A stretch of 63,899 nt of DNA, filler included, from Perkinsus chesapeaki ATCC PRA-425 (lineage: Eukaryota > Protista > Perkinsozoa): assembly GCA_013115145.1 (NCBI GenBank). It is 10 parts of 10 records of this genome, joined end to end, with 100 filler letters (N's around TTAATTAATTAA, not from the genome) between each part and the next. Parts side by side here need not be neighbours in the genome. Positions count along the whole stretch, not along the records: positions 22,754 to 37,874 come from JAAPAO010000731.1; 9 more parts are not named here. One strand, written 5' to 3'. The position numbers were made by a program, and so were the translations under genes. The notes beneath the pieces are model-generated. The model saw only the letters and a list, made by a program, of their open reading frames with translations, was not told where the DNA came from and did not search any database. Shown one piece after another: positions 22,964 to 33,946 of this stretch (within the stretch, counting starts at the first letter, position 1; each line of letters starts with the position of its first letter).

Positions 22964-25900
22964 ATGCGGATCGTACTTGCTCCTTTAATCATATTGGTGG
23001 TTGATTCCGCTGCCGCAGGGAATAAGGTAAGCCCCGCCCTGCAATCAGGAATCATTTCGCCAATTTTTGCACTTCTCGAATCAAGATCATACATTTCTCA
23101 CTCAGGGTTCACTATTCAAGAGGTTAGCCAGCAAAAGAAGGTCCAAACCACAAGTGAGGCCATGGAGGACGGCATTTTTAGCTCTTCTTCCCATTCGGGA
23201 GGCGTAACGTTGATAGGCCAGGTGCTGAAGGAAGCTGTTGCTACAGCTGCTGGCGGGGCCGGTATGGGAGTGGAGAGTGCACAAGATGCAATGGCCGAGT
23301 CAATGAAGAACTACGACCTCAAGGCCATGGAGCTGACGCCAATGGAGGGGAAAGCCCTGGATGTAATCAAGATACTAAGACTCCCACTATGCCGTCAATT
23401 GTATTTGGCAGATAGCTGGTAGAGCTGTAACTGGCAATTGGGGCCACACATTCGCGCGCAAAGCAGCGGCTCTACGCAGTTTCAGTCAAATTGGGGTAAG
23501 TCCGAGCTAGCTTGTCTCGTATCCACCGCACAAGCGGCAGCACCATCTTAGGTCTCGGGTTTGGAGAAATTTGCCAAGGGTCTCAAGAACGGAGGTATGA
23601 AGTGGCCAATTTATCAGATCGGTAAGCGGACAAAGCAGCGCCTAGTAGGCGCCGCCTACTCTATCTTGGATGCTCTTTGCTGGTCAATTGGCATGTCACA
23701 TGTGAGCCCACACACACTTCTCAGGTGAGGATCGCAGGTCGGAGATGGTCGAATCTGCTAAGGGTCCCAGCCCCAGCAAGGTACAACTTGATCGTTCCCA
23801 ATAGCGAGAAGTAGTTAATCTCTGACTTGTAATCAGGATGGTCTCTCGGGCGCCGATCCCAGCAAATCCTATCAGTCAATTGAGGATTACCACGCCGCGT
23901 ACAAGGAGAGAAGCTTATCTCCGATCGATGTCGCAGAAGTAAGTGAATAGTACTTGTAGTGCAGTATTGCAGCCTTCTTTTAGGTTGTCTATAACAGGAT
24001 GAAGGAGCTCAATGAAACGTTCCATTTCATGCGGGAATACGCCGATTATAATGAAATCATAAGGGCTGCTCAAGCGAGCCATGATCGCTTCCGTGCGGGA
24101 AACCCCCTGTCATTGCTGGATGGGATACCATTTATAGTTAAAGATGAAATGAGTGTAGGATCGAGCCATATCGGGATTCCATATCGAAACAGGCTCTCAG
24201 GCTCAAGGTTTCGTCGAGCTGCTCGGAACCAATCCCTATAACCCAAAGAACCCCCGTCTTCGCATTTTCGCGGTAAGCACAACGGTCGTTGCGAGTAGGA
24301 CGAAGAGCTCGCTCTTCTCTATCGTTTGTAGGCGAGGAACGATCCTGTCATTCAAGCGCTTCTAGATGCTGGTGCTATCCTGTTTGGTACCAGTGTTATG
24401 CACGAATATGGTATCAGCCCAGTTGGATACAACAGTAGTCCCTACTCACATTCAACCACTCGCAGTCAATCGGTCATTTTTCAGTATGGCATCAAGGACC
24501 AAAGAACGCCTTCAACCGTGAGTATTTCACTGGAGGAAGCTCTAGCGGCAGCGCCACTGGAGTCGCTCTTGGACTGGTAGGGTAAACCAAACGGAGTTGA
24601 GCAGTGGCTCGTTCATCAGTTCCTGTTCGCCATCGGCTTTGATGGCGGTGGATCAGTCAGAATCCCGTCTTCCTGGTCTGGAGTGGTCGGATATATCTCA
24701 ACCTTCGGCACGGTATGCCGGGAGGAATCCCTGTGTAAGCCATTCAAATGCGTCAGGTGAGATATGAGAACTCGGAGACTGAGATATTCACAACAATCCA
24801 CTGTGGTCCAATTACTGCTAATGTTGCCGATGCGGCAATTGTGATGAGTGTCATTGCCAAAACGCAGCACACAGGTGAACTGTGGTGGGGACTCTATCAC
24901 CATTCAGCGCCCCCTTACAGGGACACACTTCTATGACCAACTGTATCTGGACAAGTTCGGCGCGGTGATGCCCCCGCTCACTTTTTCTGCACTCTATGAG
25001 GAGCAAGACTACACCATTGGATACGACCCCGCCTGGGTGCATGATAGCGAACCTGCCGTATATCAGGTATGCAAAGCTCCGGGTGATTGTCGTATATTGA
25101 CGGCTCTTGTTCTAGTTGTTCGATGAAGTTGCCACCTGGTTGAGATCACAGGAGGGCATAACTATAGATGGCAACTTCGTTATGACCAACTGGAAGCAGC
25201 AGGCTTTGGCTCACAGTGAGGAAACAGTTGCCATCGAGAAGAAAAATAAACATATTGTTTAGCCTTAACCATCGCCTCCGAGTTCGCTGTAGCTCATAGG
25301 AACGATAATCTTGACATATTGGAGCCTAACACCAAGGTACACACAGTAACTGTGCTGATCGGCACAGGGGGTTTTTAGTTATCTCTCGCTCTCGGGAAGG
25401 AAGTAAAGCCAAGGACTATAGCGGCAGCTGAGAAAGTTAAGCAGTGGGCATCAGAGCAATGGTAAAAGCGTTAGATTAAATCTCGAACGAAGAGCCATTT
25501 GATAAATCAGGATGGAGCAGTTTGAGAAAATGGATGTTGTCATCACACCTGCTATGGCGATGCCTGCACAACCTATCAAGGAGGGAATTGATACATACGG
25601 TATGCCCGCAGTCAGTGCAATATAATTTTATATCGCGAGTGCCGAGCGCAGAAACAGCTATTGTGCCTGCTTCAGGCTTCTTCGATGGCACTTTGGTTTC
25701 GAAGATGCTCAAGTACATCTGGCCCTCTAACCTGTTGGGATTCCCTTCAGTTGTAGTAACACTCAAGAATGAAGAAGAAAGTGGACTTCCTATTGGTATA
25801 CAAGTGAGTCCTGCGACTGATGTAGTTAGCGGACACGAAGGGCGTTAACAGGTAATCTGTCGCCCGTTCGAGGACGATAAGTGCCTCGCTGTCGCGAAGA

Positions 25901-26079
25901 AGATCGAGGAGAAATATTCGGGTACGAGAAGTCACCCAAAGGAGTGGACTGGTGATTTGTCCAACATAAAGGAGGGATGGGTGGATGTGATGAAAGAAGC
26001 CTTCGCTTGGAAGGACAACCGTGATGGCATTCAACAGTCCGCACCAGTTGGGCAAAATGAAGGAGCAGTAGAAGCATAA
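22964..26079 (+). CDS. Fatty-acid amide hydrolase-like amidase-signature enzyme 1, predicted signal peptide
   Basis: MRIVLAPLIILVVDSAAA; LDGIPFIVKDE (catalytic Lys), TGGSSSGS, FDGGGSVRIPSSWSGVVG (nucleophile Ser), YIWPSNLLGFPS..GLPIGIQ; TAA 26077-26079. Confidence 0.94.
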
Positions 26080-26249
26080 GCTCAGTACTACTATGAAGTT
26101 TATACGATCCGACGGTTAATACTTTTATGATGTTCAAACATGTTAAAGTGATGTGTGTATGTGATGTGTGTAAAGTGTATAAAAATAATAATTTGATATT
26201 TGAGTGTCCAGGAGTATCAATAACGATAAATTACCCTGCAAACCCTTCT

Positions 26250-26640
26250 TTAGAATTATACTTGGTACATTCTTGGAACACAATTACCCCAACGTAGACA
26301 AAAACAGTGCCCGAGAGGACTTGTATAGCATTGTTATGATAGCATTGTTATTACGATTCGTGATGAGATGAAGAAGAATACTGAGGAGGACACCGGGGCA
26401 GACAGATTGAAGGGGGACCGACCTCTTCATGTCAATTCATGACGAGATTCAGTAACTGAATTTCAGTTCATAGTGGAATGGCAAGCCGTAACACCCATCA
26501 GAAGAATTTCAGAAACTTGTTCAATTTGGCACACTTCTGGGACGTCAAATAATCAGTTTAAAGATCACTTTATTAATGGGACAGCCATCACAACTTCCAA
26601 GACAAACTGTGACTCGACCCAGCCAACTAAAAGGGGTTCA
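26250..26640 (+). pseudogene. Decayed LTR-retrotransposon (Gypsy-like) integrase zinc-binding/core relic, homologous to 33290-33620
   Basis: Aligns by eye with 33290-33620 (e.g. cagtgcc.gagaggac.tgtata, gttcata.tggaatggca, ttaatgggacagc.atcac). Translation GTFLEHN...AREDLY...MKKNTEEDTGA...EWQAV resembles the integrase H2C2 region with decayed ligands. Confidence 0.45.
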
Positions 26641-27009
26641 CTGGGAGTGAATCACTTAAGCTCTATCTGACACCGCTCTTGCAATATACCTCTGTCACGA
26701 TTACAGAACGACTGTCTGCCGGTGCTCCACTAATATAGACGTTGCGAATCCTAGATCCTAATGTACAGCTATATTAGTAACTTTTCTTCGCCTAGTCTCC
26801 TTTAACTGAAAGCTAACGATATACAACCCAACTCGTCCAAGGGAGGGACACAGTCGTCACGGTTGTATTACATTCCATCTGTATGGTACAGACTGTACCT
26901 CTGATGGCGCTATGACCAGGGCCACAGCTCATGAGCAGGGCACCGCCCCAAGACTTCGCGTGTGCCTACAATCCTCGAGACAATGTTGTAGCTGAAGGGT
27001 GTGTGGAAA

Positions 27010-27720
27010 TTCTCAAGAACCACATGCCTCGCCACGAAACTCTTCCTTGAGGCGTATCCATGGCTCCCGGTTGTTTCTTCCGTAATCACCGCACACCTCT
27101 CCCGACCCGGGCGATCCCGATGCTCCCGATGTTCCGCGATCCGTCAAGGTTTCTCCCGGTCTCAAGTTGAGACTCTCAACAAGATTATTGGATGGGACGG
27201 TGGACGAAGGGCTTAACCACGAGACCATAGGTGAGGTCCCCAAGTGGCACAGGCAAGAGTTATTCGTCGGTGCGAACGGGCACTTCAAGGATTCCGCTCC
27301 ACCAGAAATGCTTCCATCCCGTCGCTGGGAAGTTTCCCACCTGGAACCTTGGCCACTACGAGACCTCAACCGGAGATGGCTACCGTCGAAGCTATGGTGG
27401 TACATGATATTTGCAAAGAGAGAAACGCGACGGGTATCTATAAATATTTGACTCCTCAGACTGGTGCAGTGAGGGTCCTTATCGAGTCCGACGGTCAAGT
27501 GCGAGAAGTTTTTTCCGACAGCTTGCCATTCGACACCAGGAGATAGATCCGGGCCGTGTTCGGCAAAGGAATCGGGCGGACGCCTTAAGCTTAATGTGAC
27601 CAGAAGGAATGGCCCTTCTGGTACAGTATATCGAAACGACTATGAAATGCGCGCTGTTTTTGAATGGCCACATGCTAACTTGGCAGAGATATTCCGCATA
27701 GCATGGATCGGTGAACCTCT
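27010..27720 (-). pseudogene. Possible decayed retroviral-type integrase core relic
   Basis: Broken frames contain GHSKT, VEWQAVGKNF, QIFIDTRR and CHLGTSPMVSWLSPSSTVPSNNLVESLN (cf. integrase P.SNGLVER.N). Confidence 0.35.
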
Positions 27721-28724
27721 CGTTATTTAATCACCGATGTGCATCTGGACCAGTTGTTTTCAAAAAAGCATGAGAACGATCGAATCGTCGAGGTAACAGA
27801 TCAATGGCACGTGCTCATAGTTTGTGGGATGTTGAATACGCCACATACAAGGTTATCTCGGGAACTCCCTCTTGCCCCTCCAGGTATACTTCGCGGAAAT
27901 ACGCGGTTCCGATGTTAAAGATTGGAGATCTTAGATCATCATGTCAGCACTTACACAAGCCATAGAACCACAGTAATCGTACTCCCGAGTATCCACTTAG
28001 CATTGAAGAGGGTATGATCAGCGTCACGGGTTTATGTCTCTGCTTCGGAGCAAGCCCTGTCATCGCGGAATTTTATCTGACTTAGTATTGCTGAATTTCC
28101 AAGCTTCACATTGTATAGTTGTTCGGATATAAATATCAAGCTGAGCTGATTGCGTGCGTTTCACGACCAAGGCGGTTGTTCAGAACTCCGAAGTCGCTCT
28201 ACAAACTACATGAAGGAACATACTTTGACGCAATCTTTTGGATTAGATGCAATGCATATCCATTCAAGCCGAGCCAACCAATGCCTCTTTTTCTTTTCTT
28301 CATATGAGAAGATTGTTAACAGGATAGCAGCGTGACTTTGGTAAAGACATACTTCTTAATTAATGTACACAACAGAGTTGCGTTACTGAGGGGACCATAC
28401 TTGAAGTAGTGTACTTCTGCCTAACTTGTATATTCTGCGTTGGTATCTGTCCTATTGAAACGGTTAGATGCGTTTCATCGGGCGATGCTCTACTGTATGC
28501 TCATATTATATTTATACTCTACAATTGCTGTGTACCCTCGGTACCACTAATTCACTATTGTCTATCCACGGTGGATAATCCACCATGTCATCGAGTTCAT
28601 CAAATGGCGAACAATCTCCGTGGAACCTTAACGATCCCTTGGGCGAGCGCGACATTTCTACCTTAGAGCGCGTTGCGTACGTGCAGCGCTCGAGACTTAG
28701 TCGTGAAGTAGAGAGGAGAGATTA

Positions 28725-28745
28725 ACGTAGCCATCTTGGCTCGAA
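28725..28745 (+). other. Relict spliced-leader sequence (Perkinsus type)
   Basis: acgtagccatcttggctcgaa matches the 21-nt Perkinsus SL ACGTAGCCATCTTGGCTCAAG (recalled sequence) at 19/21, first 18 nt exact. It is not followed by a GT donor, so not an SL-RNA gene. Confidence 0.85.
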
Positions 28746-28773
28746 TTCAATTCTTGTGTTACGCTAGTAACAA

Positions 28774-29250
28774 ATGGCCACGTCGGGCGCGGAGTTAGTA
28801 TCCAAGGTGAAGCTAGCTTCTCACCAGAAGCACGGACAAAACATTCCGGCGAATCACCTCTTTTGTTCAACTCACCGTACGCTCGCACACTTAGCTCTTC
28901 CGCACACAAGAAGCGCCGCGCCCGTCACCGACTACAACAGCATTCTTGGACTTGTTTCAGCTCACCCCTGGTGGGAAACTTCCTATCTCTGCTAAGAAGA
29001 AATTGGAGAATCTTGCTATCACCTTGCCATCGCGCAGCAGTTGTGTATGAGAGAGGTGGAGTAGAGTTGTACGCGAGCCGCTGATTTTACGCAGCACAAT
29101 GTAGCGTCGCAGCGGAGCCATCCTCATCATCGGTGTCGCTACACGAAGTGAGCCCGGCCTTAGTTTTACGGGGTTCAGGGGTATTACAATTGCCTGGTGG
29201 GAACGACGTGCCGTCGTCGACGACTCTTTTCTCTCGAGAGTGTTAAAAAG
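28774..29250 (+). pseudogene. Probable processed (retroposed) pseudogene of a trans-spliced mRNA; parent unknown, 3' limit approximate
   Basis: ATG 28 nt after the relict SL, MATSGAELVSKVKLASHQKHGQ..., then frame breaks with no evident introns. Confidence 0.55.
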
Positions 29251-29379
29251 CCACATTGATCCTATCCAAGCGCGATCGTAAGGTTACCCATTTTTTTCGA
29301 AAGTTGGTACACCTTTGGGGGGTGCACCCAGCTCGCTTGTTGTCGGTTTCCTCAGTTTTTTTAGTCAAGTTCGTATACG

Positions 29380-32162
29380 ATGCGCTTTTCTGTCTTCGTC
29401 ATCAGCTCAGTGCTCTCATTTATGCCTAAGGTATGAAACCCTGCAGCAGGGCCTACATTACTTAGACTCGCTCATCCGCCCTTGACTCTCAGATTCACGC
29501 TGGTAGCAATTACAAATGCAATGCGCTGAATGTCTCAGACTTCAACATGAGACCGGTATCCGCTCCAAGCTTCAGCGGATTGATGCTGGCAGTAAGCCCT
29601 TGTTCGTATATATGTGCTTTACTAGCTGCTCAACTTGTTGTTTACTCTTAGGCCTTCAGCTTTTTCGCAAGTCCCGAGGTCATAGGAAAGCCACTGCGTA
29701 CCGGCATGCTCAACTCTAATGGGGTACGCTCCCTTATCTTGGCGGCGCAGACCTTTGGCAGATACAATGCCTTCCGAAGGTCGCGAAGCAAGTCAGCCCA
29801 AGCATCTCTTCCGTCAAGTTCCCTATGATACCACTTAGTCCGTCTGGTTAGATTCTCAATTCGTCTTTAATTCCTCTGCTCAGGTGACGAGGACTATGAT
29901 AAGGCACAAGAATATTATAGGGAAGAGGAAGCGCAACTGAAGAAAGTAACGTGAAAGACTTCTGTACACTCAGTCGGACCAATTCCCTCCTCAGAATGTA
30001 TCTCGGTATTTTGGTTCGGGCATTGGCAGTCCGTACAGGTCCATTGAGGATTTGCACACGGCGTATATGAAGGGTGACATCAATCCAGTGAAGATTATTG
30101 ATGTAAACAGAAAGCTCTCTCCCCCAAACAGTTCCCCCTTTCTAGAATGTTCTACAAGCGGTAGAGGACTTCAATCCAACCTTGAAAGCCTTCAAGGAGC
30201 TTTATAATGTTGACGAGATTCTCCGCTTGGCCGGAGAAAGCGCCGAGAGGTTCAGGCAAGGCAAACCAAAGTCCATGCTTGATGGCATACCATTTGGTGT
30301 TAAAGATGAAATGAATGTGAGATTACTTCCGCCCTTTCCATCGATTACTTTCTGTCAGGTCACTGGCCAACGTCTTCTCGACGGCATCGACCCGAATGGA
30401 GATATTGCAAAGAAGACGCCAGTTTCGGTAAGCTCGAAGCATTCGACCGTTAGTCGAAGCGTCTTCTCAACTCATTAGGTCACAAACGATCCCGTTATTG
30501 ATGCCCTTCTTGATGCTGGTGCTATTCTCATCGGAACTACAACGATGCACGAGTTAGGCATCAGCCCGCTGGGATACAACAGTAAGCTGCGCATGGCCTG
30601 CAAAAGTTCGCTAGCGATTCATTTTCAGGTTTTTACAAAGGACCCCTCAATGCCTTTGACACCCGCCGCTTCACTGGTGGAAGCTCCTCGGGTGCTGCTA
30701 CTGCTGCAGCAGCTGGAATGGTATAGACAGCCCCAGCAGTGCTTTCTTGTATTATTGATCAGGCTATATTTTTCATTGGCTTTGATGGTGGTGGTTCTAT
30801 TCGTATCCCTTCTGTTTGGTCTGGAGTTGTTGGGCTTGCTCCTACCTTCGGCAGAGTGAGTTCACCATCTCGTTCCCGATCTCGCAATGAAGATTCCGCT
30901 AGGTTCGTTATGACAATGAAGAACTAAAAGTTTTCACCACTCTGCACTGTGGACCGATCGCTGCTAATGTAGCCGATGTCGCGCATGTTATGAGTGTTAT
31001 TGGGAATGTTCAATACAAAAGTACGTCTACTAACAGCTCAGATTGCTGCGAGACATCACATGTTAGGAGGTCAGCACTTCTACGATGGTCTCTACCAAAA
31101 AGCCGCTGGCAAGGAAACAATGCCACCGATGCATCTTAATGCTCTCCTAACTCCCTCTCCTAAAGGCAAATATAAAGTTGGCGTCTTTGATGACTGGGTG
31201 AAGTTCAGCAGTGAAGAAGCACAAACCGTACGGCTGTTAGTCCATCGTGTTTCAATGCTTTGATGATCGCAGCGCCACTTACCGATTTAGGCCTTCAATA
31301 CGACGTTAGATGCGATGAAGGACCAATGGGAACCCCAACAGTTTCGTATAAAGAATATGCAAGACCAGGCTCTCACCCATAGTGAGTATCATCATAGACC
31401 TTCGTGTTGATGTTGGCGGCGGCTGGTAGTGGCCTTTCAGCTTTCGCTATCGCCATCGAGTTTGCCCTGACTCATCCAAACCAGACGTTGGGTGGGTATG
31501 AATACAATACGCAAGTGAGACTTGAGCTTTCCTGTTGGATTCGTTGGCATACCTCGTGTTCCCAGATATCGCTCGCGCTGGGCCGAGATATCGCTAACAA
31601 AACTGATGTAGTCAAGGCTTTAGAAAAACTCCGAGGTTGGGCGATCGTGCAGTGGTGAGTCGATAACGCATTTCGTGGCATACACTCGGACTCAGGAACG
31701 AAGTGTTCAAGGATGTTGATTTCATCGTCACACCGACTATCGCCTACGGTGCCCCGAAGATTCCATCCGGTGTCTTCAAATATGGTAAGCTACGACGGCC
31801 GACAACAGTGTGCATTCGCACCTCTGTTCGTTGCACTTATCCGTATCGTCGTTGCTCAGGTGAATTTAACCCGACAAGGGTATCGGAGATGCTTCGTTTC
31901 ATATGGCCGACCAATCTGATGGGCTTTCCATCCATAACGATTCCAGCTGGTCAAAACAAGGAAGGAATGCCTCTCGGGATTCAGGTAAGATCTTTATATC
32001 CCGTTGGGTTAACAATCTTTTAACAATATATCATCTTCTCAGATTATAGCTCCTCATTGGCAGGATGACAAGCTTATTAAAGTTGCTCTGGATGTTCAAC
32101 GTCAACTTTCTGGCGAACGTATGCGTCCCAAAAAATACTATCGCGACATCATGTCCAAGTAA
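29380..32162 (+). CDS. FAAH-like amidase-signature enzyme 2, predicted signal peptide
   Basis: Spliced start MRFSVFVISSVLSFMPK/IHAGSNYKC..DFNMRPVSAP; LDGIPFGVKDE, TGGSSSGA, FDGGGSIRIPSVWSGVVG, FIWPTNLMGFPS, GMPLGIQ; TAA 32160-32162. Confidence 0.94.
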
Positions 32163-32339
32163 TGATATGACACTTTCCCATTTTATTCAAACCTTTTCGC
32201 TGCGAGCTCCTTACTTTTTACCCATCCTAGTCGGACTATCCGACCGCTGCCGTACATGGCTGAGTCTTGACGGCAACTTATTTATTCTCCTTGGTAACTC
32301 ATGAGTGTTGAGTAAAAGTATTGGAGGGTGATAGGTCAA

Positions 32340-33620
32340 CTACAGACCCTGTGGGTGAATACGGTGAGCACGAACTGCTGAATATATCGTATCATTCCTG
32401 CCAACTTGGCAGTGCCAAGGTATCCATTATGTTGGCGGACCACCGAAGGCGGTGTTAACTTCCTTGCTCAAGCCGAGGCACCACGAAACTTACGGGGATT
32501 TCAATGCTCTTTCACGTAGTGAGCTAGGCTTATCACTTGGAATGGAAACGCTATGTAAAGCAGCTAACATGGGTTAAACGCGTGGGATGTATTGGAAGGC
32601 CAATCTCGTACATTTTAACTGATAGCTGAGATCGCTTTGCTGGGGCGTATGGCTCATTACGGAGCATACTCACTCACATAATGCAGCAATCGGTTTCGAG
32701 AATACTCCAGGATGGAGCCCGAGTCGGCAAAGTTTACACTCAGCTGATAGGCTGGTATACGAAGAATCACGAATTTAGAACGTGGGGTCCTTAAATCCTG
32801 TCCGGCTTTCGCCTGAAGTGGTGGGGAGAGTAGCATCCTGGATGTTTCTCGCTACACTTTCTGTGCTATTGTATTGTATATTTGCTCCCCGATGAGAAGC
32901 TCTCGCTGGCAGTATGCCGAGCGTATCGAATCCAATCGAGATGTCCAACGTGAACTTGCTGACCTACGCACTAATTCTGGACAAAAGCCAGTCGCTGCCT
33001 GGCCATGAGAGAACTTATTATAACTGGGGCCACATCATTGGCTGAATTGCTTAACCCCGTTAGCTTTCTTGCAAGAAGTGCGATTCTCCCATGCGATATG
33101 GAAGCGAAAGATTCCTTGAGGAAAGGTACAGTACGTGACATCTCTGTAGGAATGCGCGGCCTGGACGGGGAAACGTATCGATAAGTCACGCGAATTTCGA
33201 GTTAATATCTTCCCTATTGAGTTTTCCATACTCGACTACCTATAAGTAGAGCTTGCATTGCTCCAACTCGACAGAAAATTTTCCACCCATTTTTCGTGCC
33301 ACTTCTTGAGAACTATACTTCGCACATTCTCGGAACACAATCGTCCCAACGCAGACGAAGGCAGTGCCAGAGAGGACCTGTATAACATGTGTTGCGGTGA
33401 CATGAAGAAGGACACCGAGGAGGACGCCGGAGCATGCATGCCAGTTCATGACGATATTCAGTTCATAATGGAATGGCAGGCAGTAGGACCGATCGAAGGA
33501 AGGTCAGGAACGTGTCTAATTTGACATACTTATCCGACGTCGAATAAACAGTTTAGAGACACTTCATTAATGGGACAGCAATCACCACTTTCGAGACAAA
33601 CTGTGGATCGCCCTAGCCGA
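32340..33620 (+). pseudogene. Highly decayed Gypsy-like pol relic (RT thumb - RNase H - integrase order)
   Basis: Broken frames: EHELLNISYHSCQLGSAKV, EAPRNLRGF, RELIITGATSLAELLNPVSFLARS (RNase H-like), ILRTFSEHN...REDLYNMCCGDMKKDTEEDAGACMPV (cf. integrase YWWP.MKKDVEEYV..C), EWQAVGPIEGRSG. Confidence 0.5.
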
Positions 33621-33946
33621 CTGTATACCTGCTGTATACCATCCGCTAGTATCTTGAACCGATTTGGTGCGACCAACAACAACATCTCATTCCTGGAGCT
33701 CAGCAGAATAAGAGTATGCGAAGTAGTCTATAGCTATGTCACCGTGACAGTTTCGATGCGCAATAGGTCACAGTGTTCGGTGTTCGTTGCCGCCCCGGAT
33801 GAATTTAGTGAGTAGTCATTCAGATGTGCCAGAAATTCAAGCATCTTGTGAGGTGAAATCATCGAATCTTAATTTGATTATCGAATCTAAGACCCTCATC
33901 AGTTGCTGCTTTCGTGTAACGTCGTCTTCGTTTGTTTCGAGTCGTG

